A stretch of 63,440 nt of DNA, filler included, from Rhabdomonas costata (GCA_019059605.1; 28 parts of 28 records of this genome joined end to end with filler, not necessarily neighbours in it); one strand, 5' to 3'; shown: positions 11,353 through 24,060, counted from the first letter of the whole stretch. The notes: a model not told the origin generated them from the sequence alone. Numbers and translations: made by a program.

Positions 11353-13391
11353 TGTTTCGGGCAGAAGACGGTAGGACGGAAGGGAGCGAGGGGGATCGAA
11401 CCTATTCTTTCGCTGGTGACGCGGTCGTACTCGTCATCCTCGAAGATAAGGCGCTCCTCCAGCACATCCATGTCAATCCCAAAGCGTGCCTTGGGATGTG
11501 AGGGGTCTAGGGACTGCGCCCTGAAAGAGAGAAAACCCACCCGTGGCAGATGTGGCTGTTTCATGCGAAGATGCTCCTTGGATCCCCTCTGACCTGATCT
11601 CTAGATTTGGAAGCAAAGCTATTGTTTTATGATGGGGTGATCTGCGGTAGGAGGTACACATGGATGTTTTTCATACAGTGGTGTGACATGACGTTAAATT
11701 CGAGTTGCTTCAAAAACTCCTAACCCTGGGTCCGTCAAAGAGAGTGTAAACACGGGCAACGGAGGAGACGTACCACATCACCCAGGAGTCGAACCCGTCG
11801 TAGAGCAGCCGAGTCAGTGTGCTCCACTGGCTCAGGGCAAACACCCGGGACCGCCCAAACCGGGCAGCCTCGCGCTGAATCAAGCTCACTACACAGCACT
11901 TCTGCAGGTTCTTGGGAATGATCCTGGTCCATTACCCGCAACAAAGGGAAAGATGAACAGACAGCGGAAAACGCGCGGAGAGGAGGGAGGACTATTCATA
12001 CGGTTTCGCTCAACATTAACAAGCCTTCACCCGCCAGTTCGGTTGCTCGAAAATCGCTCCATCCATGCCTCACCCGTGCAACCTTCCGGCCTCATTGCTG
12101 CTACCTTCATTGCTGCCAACTTCCGGCCTCATTGCTGCCACAGCTGACCCTAATTCAAGGAAGAAAAGGGCAAAAAGGTACATACAGGTAGACGTCTCCG
12201 TCGCAGTCACCCGCTATGGACCCGCGCTCCCTATAGGAGCCGAGGGCCCAGCCATGTCTGAGTGACAAAAAAATTACCCAGTCAAGTCTCCAAAGAAGGC
12301 GCAGCAAGAACGGTAAGCAGTTGTTGGATTTGTGGTAATGGAGTGACCTCCAGTATGCACATTTCTCATTTGTGGACGAGGAGCAGAAACCGGCCATTGA
12401 TGATTCATGATGGCGTGCAGGTTCGTTTCGCTAATGACGTCCGCATCAATTCTTTGTTCAAAGTCACACGACAAGGAAAGCAATAGTGCTCACAGGGTTT
12501 CGATCAAGCAGGGCTGCGTGTGTTCTTTGTTCACGGTTGAGTGGTACGAAGAGCAACAAAACAACAACCGGACTGTTTCTGCTTCCCTGTTTTTTACGGA
12601 GCTCTTGTCGAGTCCGATGCACTGCCTTTCATCATTGTTCACACTTTGTGTCACACTGCACTCGTCACGTTTGGGCCATTACATAGCGAAGAGTCAATCC
12701 GCCCCTGCTGATGATATCCCTCAATTATTGGGGAGAGAAGGTCTCTTCGACTGGAAGAGGGTCTGTGGTAGGCAGCACGGGCTGCAGCCTGGGGGTCCGC
12801 TGGCGAGCTGGGGGAAGCGACTCGGCCCATCGTTGTTTGATCACCGAGGCCTTCAGGTCGATCTGCATCCTCCGCCGCAATCTCGTTGGAAGGGCACCAG
12901 GCGCCGTTGAAAGCTACTGCTCTACTCTCCCTCCCCCACCCCCCCCTACTCTCTCCCTTGAATCCACGACTCGTACACGGGGTACTCGCACTCTCACACG
13001 TGTTTTTATTGAGCAGGGGACCTTTCACCAATCGCCTGTCATTGTCCCCTCCTGCTGAGTCACGCCAAAGGTGGACGCTGCGGAACCTGGCTACGACGAC
13101 GATGCCCAGGGTCTTGTACAAGTGCTCAAAGAACGGCGCGACCTCCTCCGCAGCAGCTTGACAGACATGAGCGGAGCGGTTGGGGCGGAGGTGCGGCCGC
13201 CCCACCCAGGAGCACGGCTGGAGCGCACGGCTGACGTTGAGGTAGGTGTACAGGGAGTGGGGAGGGCGGAGTGGCAGCTTGTCGTCGCAGCACTTCCGCC
13301 ACGGCGAGAACAGCGTCAACTCGTACAGGAGGTACACCGCGGCCACCGCGAGGAGGATGCGGCCCTGCCGCGAGAGCGAGAACGAGGCCAT
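11353..13391 (-). CDS. LicD/fukutin-related nucleotidyltransferase-fold protein with type II membrane topology
   Basis: Exons 13391-13087, 12257-12186, 11923-11774 and 11520-11353 are all phase-compatible GT-AG. An N-terminal TM (ILLAVAAVYLLYELTLF) precedes VVVAR|HGWALGSYRERGSIAGDCDGDVYL, a variant of the LicD GTLLGAxRxxGxIPWDxDxD motif. Confidence 0.7.
12081..12141. repeat. Short intronic tandem repeat (CTTCCGGCCTCATTGCTGC x2 plus a partial copy)
   Basis: Seen directly in intron 2 of the LicD-like gene. Confidence 0.8.
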
Positions 13392-14146
13392 CGTGGATCG
13401 TGGGACCAAAACGGGAAGCGAGGGGAGGGGGGCACACACACAAAATAAACCGACCCTGCAAAAGCGAAAAAATGAAAAGAAATGCATAAGAGGGACAAAC
13501 AACAACCCACACACACCCAACACNNNNNNNNNNNNNNNNNNNNNNNNNNNNNNNNNNNNNNNNNNNNTTAATTAATTAANNNNNNNNNNNNNNNNNNNNN
13601 NNNNNNNNNNNNNNNNNNNNNNNGGGGTGGTGGTAACCATGGTACCATACATCCATGCTGAAGACGATGAAAATTATACAAGCTGTGTGGACACGTTATA
13701 AGGATAGTTACACCCCGGTACGCAGAGGAACGTATGTGTCTCCTCACAGCTTGTATAATTTTCATCGTCTTCAGCATGGATGTATGGTACCATGGTTACC
13801 ACCGCGACCCCCTGCCTGCCATTTTCGTTCTCTCCCATATGAAAAAAGGTCTTGCTTTGTGTTGCTACGCGCCGCAACATGAGGAAGATTTGAAACTTCG
13901 CACCAAGTTGGAATACTACTCCACCACGCATGAAGGTTGTGTGGCGTGTGGTACTCGAAGAAGGGAGGTCACCAGACGTGAAACGTTCGGCGGTGAGGTG
14001 CTGGCACGGCTACGCCTGCAGATACCGGTGCTGCCCGTTTACCCATCCGAAGAAAAGCTCCAAGGCACGGGCAGTATTTCTGCTTGGTGAGCATAAAAAC
14101 CGTTAGTTTACGGTGAACATCTACTTTATTTCTTTGGTGGGGGGAG

Positions 14147-14873
14147 GGACGCCCAGGACGCCAAGATGAATCTGGACTACAGCTTCATGATCTCTGCCGA
14201 CGACCCCAACCTGGACAACTTGGAGTTCGTGGTCACTGCTCTGCCGACCCGGGGCAGCCTTCTGGTCTACGGCGCGGACAGCCCTGCTACCTCCACCCCT
14301 GCGAAGATGCCCTATGCCGTCGTGTTCCGCCCTGTGGCGGACACCTCAAATAGTTACCTGTACGCCGCCGCCACTCCCCCCTCACTTCAAAACCAAGACA
14401 ATTGTGCGCATCAAGGGGGACACAACTTAACATTAGGAGGGGTCCCAGTACTAGCCATTACCGATTTCCGCGTTGGCTCTCTCTCTCTCTTTCAGTCGCT
14501 CTTTGATTCTCTCTTATCTTTTCCATGTGCACATTTTCTGACGTCTCTACGCTTAGCCACATCTCTTATCCATGCTCTGGGTAGTATCTCTGCGCTGACC
14601 TGATTCCTTATCTTGGGCGTTGTGGATATTAGTAGGAGATTGTTGGCGAAGGGATGCGTCTGGCGGGAGGGAGGTGCGTTCCGCAGGTACACCCAGTTCA
14701 CTTTGGTCGCGAGCGATGGCATGGCGACCTCTGACCCCGCGACGTATAGCGTGAGGGTGCTACCCACGAACAAGTTGCCTGTGCTGGCGGCCTCCATGTC
14801 GACTCTGCAGAACTTTAGCGTCACCGAGGATACCCGGTTCACCTTCACGATTCCTTACACGGACAGTGACTCG
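14147..14873 (+). CDS. Fragment of a cadherin-like (Big_9/tandem-95-type) repeat surface protein
   Basis: Exons ~14147-14359 and 14687-14873: ISADDPNLDNLEFVVTALPTRGSL...VVFRP...YL|YTQFTLVASDGMATSDPATYSVRVLPTNKLP...VTEDTRFTFTIPYTDSDS. Same repeat type as contig 1. Confidence 0.8.
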
Positions 14874-16458
14874 GTGAGTCCCCCCAACCTGAACCTGTGA
14901 CAGCCAAATTTTGCTGAATGAGAAATTTGGTGGCTGCTATCCATCGCTGGTTCGCTGGGATATACGTGTCTTTGCGCGTTTCCGGTTCTTCGGCTCTTAT
15001 GGACAGGTATCCCGCATAGAAAATGGTGTTGAATATCGTGGCCTCTGAAAAATAGTTTCGGTACGCTGCCCGACTGTGCCACGTGCACTCCACCCGCTAA
15101 GAGGACCAATTGATATCATTGCGGGGGCTCGTGGATCCATGGATGTTGTGGCATGCTCCGGGTCATCAACACAGTGAGAGGTCAGGCAAAGCCCAAGCAC
15201 ACACAAGGAAGAAGTCCCCTTTGAGCTGTTAGGCACAAAAAGAGGTGATGTGGACAATACAATTGGTGGGGGCCGTCTTTTTCCTTTTCGCAGCTTACCA
15301 CTGCGGTGATCGTTGCCGGGCTGCCTCAAAGTGGTACACTCAGCATTTTGAACACCACCAGCGGGGCTCTGATTCCGGTATCCCTGGCGACGGCGGCTCA
15401 GACCAACCAACAGCTTACCTTTGAAGTGGTATGAGAGAATGTGTGAAGCGTTTTAAGAGTATGTGTGCAGAGTATGTGTGCATCGTATGGCTCATGGTGC
15501 AGCGTAAAGCACAAGGGTTTCCAGATGGACATTGATAGGGGGGGGGGTGACTCGACCATAAATTTGATGGGTACTTATCATCAGCTCATCTCTCACCTTG
15601 CGATATGCAACTCACGTCCGGAAATCTGGAATGGAACGGCGGAAGCAGTTGCACGGTTTTATCCCGAAGGAAAGGGCCGCCTTCCCGAAAGAAAGGCACA
15701 CCCGCGGCACATGCACCCTTTGCACAGAGAAGGATCTCGGAGGGATCGCCTCACCCCACCCCTTACCCCCGCCGTAAGGCAGAGATGGAGGAGGNNNNNN
15801 NNNNNNNNNNNNNNNNNNNNNNNNNNNNNNNNNNNNNNTTAATTAATTAANNNNNNNNNNNNNNNNNNNNNNNNNNNNNNNNNNNNNNNNNNNNGTGGGT
15901 GTGGTTGGCAAGACGCTCATGCGGGCATCCAAACAATATGACTGGCTTTTCCGGATATTAGTTCTGTGGCAGTTTCAGCATGATTCGTCCGAAATATCGG
16001 AAAGCACATCTTTTTTTATCTTTCGAAAACAGGCATGGAGTCTTTCTTTGGTCCAACCGCCCTCTCCCAAACGCTGGGTGGCCGGTCCTCGGAGTCACGG
16101 TTTCCTGACCTTTCACCCTCGGCGTTAACGTCAATTGAATATTGACCTTCAGAAGAATGTAAAGCCGTGTCTTGAGTTTATCTTCCAGAATTCTGAAGCC
16201 GATGTTGATCACATCAGTCCAGTTACGAGAAATGGAGGGCGACTGAATCAGAAGTCGACTTCTTCTGAAGTCTTGCGGACAGTGGGGTTGGGATGCGATT
16301 TTGGTGGGGGCACCATTCTGCTCCCCAACTTTTATTCATCGGGTCTTTTGCTTCTCTTTCTTGGTTTCTCTTCATCGCCATATTTCTTTTTCTTTTCATG
16401 CAGTGTCTTTTTGTGCGTCAACTTGTTTTTTCTTTGACGTGATATTATTGTTTGCATA

Positions 16459-18012
16459 ATGTCCTCTGCGTGCAACTCTGGTATGGCCCCGAAAGTGGAG
16501 CCATTTAGGTTCTCGTCCATGGTTCTCTCCCCAGTCCGGCGTCCTGTGCAGCACTACCTCGAAGATTCCCCCGGAGGCGATGAGCTCACAAACCCAGCCG
16601 AAAGCACCGACATGCTGGGCGCCGCGAATTGCAAGCATCTAAGGTTTGCGGTGCCTCTGAGGGTGCTTCTGGTGGCGGTGCTGTGCGCGTTTGCCGTGGG
16701 CCCCGCAGTGGGACTGTGGATGGGGTCATGGCAGACGGGCCAGGACGCTCTGGGTGGGGTGCAGGACTTGGCCATGTCCTCGATGAAGGTGCTTTGGATG
16801 TCCCCTGTTTTTTTCTTTCTATATCTTTGTTCTCCGTTCTCGTTTCACTCGCCCCCTTCCCGAAGAGGCACAGCTTCACAGATGTGAAGCACTTGCGAGC
16901 CAGGCTCAGTGCAGTTGGTTCTTTGGTCACACCCTTTTGTGCGAACGTTGGGTCGGGTACTTGTCTTGTATGTCCTATTCCTGTCCCGCTGCCGGGGCCT
17001 GCTGCATGTGCTGTCACGTTGTAGGGAGTCTCAGCGCAACTCAAGGACTCCCTGATGCGATCTGTGGTGGCCTCGCTGCAAGTCTTTGTGGACCGCGGGG
17101 AGACCGCCGTTGGGCAAATGAAGACCCATGTCATGGCAAGCGAGGTGCTACATGGGAGTGGCAAGGCGGCGAGCCAGTCCTCTGCTGCGGTGGAGGTTTT
17201 CCAGGAGCGTTTGTTTGGCATCGTGGCAATGAGTCCGTGGATACACCGGCTGAACCTCTCGCTGTACGCCGATGTGCAGGACGGGTAAGCCATAGATTTT
17301 CTTTGGTTCTGTTTTATATGTCAGTCACCACTTGCTGTCGCGCCCCCCCCCCTCCACTTCTCGCATTCATCGTCCATTTGAATGTTTCGCCGTTCTACCA
17401 GGATGATTAGTCTTTGCAAATGGAGGTGAGCAGGGGAGGCGACCGCGGAAGGACGTGTGAAGGAGGACGGACATTAAACCACCAGAGTTTCTACAGCTGC
17501 CTCGGTGAAGGGTACCTTGCTCTCTCAGGCTGATCCAGTCCAGTCTCCGCTTTGTTCTCTGTGGAAACTGCTTGACGCTTTTCGTTCAGGACGGCCGTGG
17601 CGCAAGCGGAAATGTTCGGGTGGTCAAGCATTGACCTGCTGACCCAAGAGCTCGTACCCACACTTTTCAACACCCCTTTGAGGGTGAACGCTTTCAACAA
17701 CGCCACGGCGACGTCGTTCTGCTTCGCCAACACTACCACAGGTCGACCTGTGAGCTGCTTCCGACGTGTGGATTGGCCCTACCGCACTCCCTTCCGTGGA
17801 GTGCCTTTGGGCTGCAAATGGGGAAACACCATCAACTTCCTTCCACTGTTTGGTATCCCAGACACCTCCTTGGTGTGCGGGATCCCTTTCAGCGATGGCC
17901 TGGCGACCTTCTCGATTAAAGTTGATGTGAACTTATACACGATCAGTGGGATGCTGCTTTCGCTTGTGCCCAGCTCGCAGGACCGGCTATTCCTGATCTT
18001 CCGTACGGCTGC
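16459..18012 (+). CDS. N-terminal part of a probable receptor-type adenylate/guanylate cyclase or related membrane sensor (TM plus extracellular domain)
   Basis: Exons 16459-16788, 17025-17284 and 17590-~18012 join in frame. TM segment VPLRVLLVAVLCAFAVGPAVGLW, then a long helix and a sensor-like domain ending ISGMLLSL...DRLFLIFR. The catalytic domain is not in this contig, so the family call is inference. Confidence 0.55.
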
Positions 18013-20587
18013 GGGGACAAGCGAAAGCAGCATCCCACTGATCGTGTATAAGTTCACACCAACAANNNNNNNNNNNNNNNNNNNNNNNNNNNNNNNNNNN
18101 NNNNNNNNNTTAATTAATTAANNNNNNNNNNNNNNNNNNNNNNNNNNNNNNNNNNNNNNNNNNNNGTTTTGGGTTTCGAGCCACCACGTAACAACACGGG
18201 TCCTTTTCTAAGTTTCATTGATGAGACTATGTAGACTCCCCTGGATCTCAGCACAACATTTGGGCTGGGGTTAGGTTGCGATATCCTTTGGATAATGGAT
18301 TTTCGGACATTTGGATTCCACGTTGAATCGTGACTAGTGCAACCGGCAACAAGGGCTACACCCGTTTCAGAGCTATCTTGCCATTAAATGAGGCATGATA
18401 TACCCCGCACGTCACTGCCATGAAAGAATGAGGCATCCGCGTTAGTACCCTTCGTACGACAAGTGCTGCCAGAAAAAAACGGCGCCAAGAGCGCCAGTGT
18501 ATAATGCACGACGTCTGCGGTGTGCGCGCGTGCGTCGAACAATGGCTAGAAACAACAGCAACAGATAGTCTACCTCAGGACGTATGCCCAAAGGGAACAA
18601 GCTGTCGCCAGAAGCCCCGGAGGAGGGGCTATGGAGGTGTAGATGTTCAAAAGCCCCGCCTAGAAAAACTTCATAAGAAAGGAACGTCCCAACGTCCCAA
18701 CGTCCCAGTGTGTCAATGGTGACAAAAAGCACACCAGGGGTTGGGTGGTGGAAGCCGCCCCTTCAACCGCGGCTCCACCCTCTGTCATCTGCGGCCCGCA
18801 CTCGAAGACCTGGTCACATACCAGGGCGTGCGCCACGGCCAGCCTGCCGCTCGTGACCACCCCCTCCAGGTCACTAACCAGGCAGCCCACATGAGCAAGT
18901 TACTGCAACGCCTGCGAAAAAAAGAGTTTGTGGTACCCAAATGGACCTCAGATGCAGGTGAGAGTGTAGTGAGATGGGGAGAACATCACCGTGTGCTAAC
19001 AAAACATATACACACCTGCTAGAGAACATGTCTTCAACCTTATTCAAGATCACTCGAAAGTCCGGCACACAGCACACACATCACTCAAAAGCCTTTTGTG
19101 CGTATCCGCGTGCATTCAACGACAAAGGACAGGGCTTGAGTAGATTGCGATTAGGTTAAGCGCACCGCAAGATTGTTCAGGTGGACTCCGGGGGGCAGCT
19201 TCTGCGGGTCTACGGGGGTAGTGGAGCTAACCCGCCGCACTAAATCCGCGGGCAAGGAGGTGCTTGACCCGGAGGGCGAGACCAGCAGCCTCGCCGTGGA
19301 GGTGCTCATGCCAGTCGCCGCCACCACCCCAAGCACTACCCCACCAGAGCAGAGGGAACAAAGGACTACGAAACTTAACAAGCGGGGAGGAGGGACTTGG
19401 GGCTGAGTCAAAAGGGCGAAGCAACCGAAATGCACAGCGACGATCGAGTATCGGAATACCAGAGGTTACGCTGCGCTTCGGTGCCCAAAATATCCTGGAC
19501 AAAAGGCGAACCCCCTACAAAATCTATATTTGGAATCCCACTTTGCGCAGTGATCGCTCCGCACTAGTGAATAGCTGGTGGGGTGGGGTGCGGTGGGAAG
19601 ACTTGAACGAGTGGACGCTGGGGACAAGGAGGATAGCATTGCACACTCAGCACGTGCAATCAGCAAGGAGGGAAGGAAAGAAAGCGGAGGATTAAAGGCA
19701 TGCATACGCTCCCCCGTGGACAGCACCGCACCCATCGGGACGAAGTTGCTGAACCCAAGCACCTAATTGAAAACATCACGCCCCCTTCCCTTGGTTTTGG
19801 CTTCCTGGAAAAACCCTAACCCTAAGACACACTGCAACTGTCAGGAAAGAAGACAGCGAAGAGAGGGAGAGGGCCATGCAGAGTGTAGCGGAGGGGGAAT
19901 AGAAAGCACCTATGTGAGAGCAGCGGGAAAACAACGGATGCCCAGGGGGAAGAGCACGTCGGAAGAGCGGTGAGCGAAAGACATGGGAAAGGGAAGTCAC
20001 GACAGAAAACATCACATTTTATCCCAGTTTTACACCAACGAGCTGACACGAACGGTGCACAGAGTCCACACATGGTGAAAACAGGCACTAGCGTGGAAAA
20101 ATTCGAAACCGTGTTGACATGCAGAGATGTAAAAAAAGATGCACCCTCAGGAGGCCTGAGCAAGACGGCTCATTTCGGTTCGATTACAGGCCACTTGACG
20201 CATTTAAAAAACCTTCAAGGGCATACTTGCACAAACGGGTGCCAACCCACAACGGCCATTCCTTCCTTCCTTCCTTCCTTTAATTCATGCTTTCCTTGGG
20301 AGGCACACTTAACCCACAAGCCCCCCCNNNNNNNNNNNNNNNNNNNNNNNNNNNNNNNNNNNNNNNNNNNNTTAATTAATTAANNNNNNNNNNNNNNNNN
20401 NNNNNNNNNNNNNNNNNNNNNNNNNNNTTTTGTTTCTACTGGACACATCCCTTTTTGTTCTGTGGTTCGCCTCGCCTCACGTGTGCATTTGAGTGAGACC
20501 AACGGCCACCCTAGAAAAAGAAGGCGTAAACCTCACCTTCGGGATCCACGAAGAGAGAGAGAGAGAGAGAGAGACGGAAAAAGAGAC

Positions 20588-22364
20588 CTAAGAAGACGTC
20601 GTGGAGCCACTCCGGAACCACGCACTGTGTGTTCATCAAGTCCCGAATGGACTCCAGCACAGCCTTGAAGTTGTTTTCCTGGCGGGAACAAAACGCGAAG
20701 AAGTGTGAGACGGATAGTTGCAATAGGCCTCTTTTGGGTGTCGAACGACGGAAGGAAGCTGTAGTGGGGCGCAAACAAGCTTAGCTGAGCCGCGTTTAGA
20801 CGCCAGCAACCTTGCCCTGTTGCGTCCACCACAAAGGTCAACTCGACAGATAAGGTCAGCTCGACAGATATATCGGGTAAACAATGGGGAGGGGAAAAGG
20901 AGTAGGAGAGCGCTCACCTTAGGCTTACGGCGGATCAGCACCTTGAACTGTTGATAGCATTCCGAGTGGTTCAGCACGTCGTGGTGGTACTGCGCGGTGT
21001 CCAGGTGCACCCGAATGAACCGCTTGGTGCCCACAAGCCTCACTCCAGAGTCGCCCAGACCTGACCCACCCATATACCACCAGTTTGCCTGTTCTCCTAT
21101 TGCCTCGCTTTCATCGTTTTGGTTTCTTTCATGAAGGTCATACTGCCCAACCACAAGCCACACCAAGCGGGCTTCTTTGAGGGGAAGAGGTACCTGTGAA
21201 GACATTATCCTTCTCATCGCGCACGTCGATAACCTCGCACCCTCGCACGTGGGTTACCCGGTACTGCTCCAAGAAGGGCTTCTTGCGATCGTACCGCCAC
21301 ACCTGAGTCGCACGACACCGTGCACGCACAATTTCACTCCTACCAAAGCAAATGCAAAGTAATGTGAAAATTAGCGCAATTCTCGAGGGAATACTGAAGA
21401 TGTGAGGCAAATGAGGGGGAGGGGGGCTCCAGAAACTTTCCTGCACCCTGCACAGAGGCTGCGCAAATAGCGTGAGGGTATCATCGATAGTTACGAATGA
21501 AACAGTTACGGGCCAAACACGCGCACACACACACACACACAATCAAAAGCCAAAAGAACCATATCCCACTGGTTCTCTCTGAGGACGGCAATACCAACAA
21601 CAAGCACATTGGTGGGTGGGGGTGCAGAGGAATAGGAGCAGCACCCCCGTGTGGCCTCCCAGCGACGAAAGGGTGTCCTGAGGTCCCTCCACAGTGACAA
21701 GAAACAGCACGTCGTGCTGCCGAATTTCGTTCCACTCCTGCCGCGGGACGTCCTTGGTCTCCGACAGGTCCACAGTGATCTGTACACACGCATGATCTCC
21801 TAAGACAAAGCCTACGGAAAATCATGATTTCGGGAGGCGGGAAGAAAAGTTGTGCTTCTCAAAACTAATAGCCTCCTCACTGTGTGTCCCTTGCCAAACT
21901 CTTATTCCGAATGCAACAGAAGAAACATAAATATAAGAAACACCCTGCCTTTCATTACATCTTGGGTCAAAACTTCCCCTCTGCGCATTATCGCGCCAAT
22001 GCCCATGAATATATTGCAATGGACCCTCCAAGACCCCCGCAAGCGAAAGGGGAAAAAAGACAGACGGAATCGGACAAGCCAAGGAGGGGGCACCTGAGCT
22101 CGAACATCGTGGGGCTTGATCTGCCCAATGTCCGCGGGCCCAACGTACTTGATGCTGTGAGGACGCGACACAGGGAACAGAACACAGCAGTGCCAATTTC
22201 ACCTGAAAATGAGCGAGCACATGGGCTTTCTCACATACATGAACTCCTCAATCGGCACGGCCATCCTGCTCTTCCACATCCCCTTGAAGTACAGCTTGCC
22301 CTCCAGGTTGGTCCGAGGCTCCAGGCGAATGATAGCCTCTTCGATGTCCTCCCGGATCTCGTAC
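20588..22364 (-). CDS. AQR: Intron-binding spliceosomal RNA helicase Aquarius (internal fragment, six exons)
   Basis: Exons 22364-22239, 22154-22094, 21779-21645, 21302-21194, 21060-20918 and 20678-20588 give YEIREDIE...SRMAVPI...[16 protein letters not shown]...VRGCEV...LDTAQY...[38 protein letters not shown]. These are diagnostic Aquarius blocks. Confidence 0.95.
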
Positions 22365-23631
22365 CTGTATGTGGATGTGTTAAGTAAACAACAATTGATG
22401 AGCGGAATAGCGGTCGCAGCCACCAAAGAGACAGGCTTACGTCCCAATTGCAAAGCGGTACTGAGAGACTCGCAAAGCACTGTGCTGGAAGCACTTTACT
22501 GGCAGCTTGACCATTTTGACGATGCTCCCCCCTCCCCCTCGGAACATAAAATAACACCGATTATACGGTATGAGTGCACTTGAGTTCAACAACAAACNNN
22601 NNNNNNNNNNNNNNNNNNNNNNNNNNNNNNNNNNNNNNNNNTTAATTAATTAANNNNNNNNNNNNNNNNNNNNNNNNNNNNNNNNNNNNNNNNNNNNGAG
22701 TTATATCTCTGTGCTGCTGCGCATCATTTATATTTCGGCACGCACTGCCTCTGAACCCGAACCGATGCTTGTTGACGTTTCGGCATTCTGCGTTTCTGCT
22801 TGTGGAGGAGGTTCTTGGGGTGCGGTTGCTTTCTGATTTCGGGATATCGGGAAAATGTGCATGGGCGAAAGAAAGGCTTTGCTTTTGAAGGGCGGGATTT
22901 CTGTTCTTGGTCGATCGGGGTAAAGCATCGTAAAAAGGAAAGTTTTTCTTGGTGGAGGGCAGGGGGATCATGCCGTAATAGCATTTGCTGTGAAGCAGGG
23001 CCGTTTCGTCTTTGCTGCGTTTTGGTGTAACAAGTGTGGACCGGCTGGAGCCGAACACTGTCCCAGAGCCCAAATGTGGTTCCGCTTCTCACATTCCATA
23101 GTGATGGATTGGATTGTGTCCTATGTCATCCGTTTTTTGTGATTTAGAGGTGCCTGCTTCAGTAGATGTGCAGCTTACCTTCACCTATGCGCGGTACCGG
23201 CGTCAAAGAGCAACCCCACTTATGGGGGCAACGTATAAAATTACTGCCCGACAAGCAACACAAACGCGTGTGTCCTATGCGCGTATAAAAAACATGACAG
23301 GCACAATTGCTGAGCCATGGTTAGGGTTGAAGTGAGGGATGAGAATTTTAGTAGGGCTGGCTGCGTTTTCGGTCTAGAACGCTCCAACATTTCCACGCGG
23401 CGGCAGTCCGAAACCAAAGGTGGCGTGCTTGCCCTTCTTGGAAGTCGCTACCGGTTGAGAGGGATCGCTACTTCCAAAGTTGCACCCAAGCAGTCGCTCC
23501 CCTGTCCTCCCTTCACACCCCTTTCCCATTTCCCAACGCCTGCCGTGACCGGCCCCCTCTCTCCACAAACATCCGGCCAAATGAAGACCCCTGCCTTGGG
23601 AGATTGCTGCTCTTTTTCCCTTCCTAAACAG

Positions 23632-24060
23632 ATCCATTTTGCTGGGCGGCTGACTGATATCCCCGAGATCCTTGGCCGCCAATGCCACGCGTTCCCCAAG
23701 GTCCTATCCGCGGCCTGAAGGATGCCCGCGACCTCTCACTTTGCGAGTGCACCGTGTCCGCCAAGGCGTGCGACCCCTTGTTCGGGCAGTTGGAGCTGGG
23801 CGGTCATGTTCTGACGGCTCGGTTCGCGTGTTCGCGGACAACATTCTGCTTATCGGCACAGTGCTGCTCTCGGCGGACGACATCGCGCCGAGCAACCTGA
23901 CCGGAAAACAACGCCTCTTCTGGTCGCGGCTCAAACGCCTCCTGCCGAACAGGGACCGCGAGCTGCTGAGGCCGCTGTTCCCGCACCTGAAGCAGCTGAT
24001 CCTTGCGCTGTTCAAGCTGCCCCCGTACCCTGGGATTGTGCATCCGGGGAGCTTTCTGGA
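23632..24060 (+). pseudogene. Decayed NAD:arginine ADP-ribosyltransferase (ART) family copy
   Basis: Pieces RLTDI..., PIRGLKDARDLSL, LSADDIA and FWSRLKRLLPNRDRELLRPLFPHLKQLILALFKLPPYPGIVHPG follow the eukaryotic ART N-terminal pattern (LYxxLNxxLRxxDRxxLxPxFxYLKLxxxALxKLP...VYRG). They lie in different frames, and the catalytic Arg position reads HPG. Confidence 0.6.

Noticed and set aside
13657..13673. CTGAAGA-CGAT-GAAA, hammerhead-core-like motif
   Set aside because: No room for stem II and no stems I or III; it also lies in a chimeric arm.
13629..13803. Perfect 59-bp inverted repeat (13629-13687 / 13745-13803)
   Set aside because: It abuts the contig start, is mismatch-free and begins in a G/T primer-like run. 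Best explained as an amplification fold-back chimera.
17926..18058. Perfect 42-bp inverted repeat (17926-17967 / 18017-18058)
   Set aside because: It copies coding sequence, interrupts an exon and sits at the contig end: fold-back chimera.
18740..19310. GC-rich exon-like segments whose simplest minus-strand splice gives an in-frame TAA (possible stop-codon recoding)
   Set aside because: Strand and frame are unresolved and no homolog is recognised. TAA and TGA end other genes in this window, so recoding is unsupported.
19812..19825. CCCTAACCCTAA telomere-like motif
   Set aside because: Only two units and internal to the contig.
21645..21680. Possible non-canonical GA donor in Aquarius (CAG|GACACC)
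   Set aside because: An in-frame GT donor 27 nt downstream (GGG|GTGCTG) explains the junction.
23830..23860. FADNILLI resembling a reverse-transcriptase YADD motif
   Set aside because: No other RT motifs are present, and the flanks fit an ART N-terminal region better.
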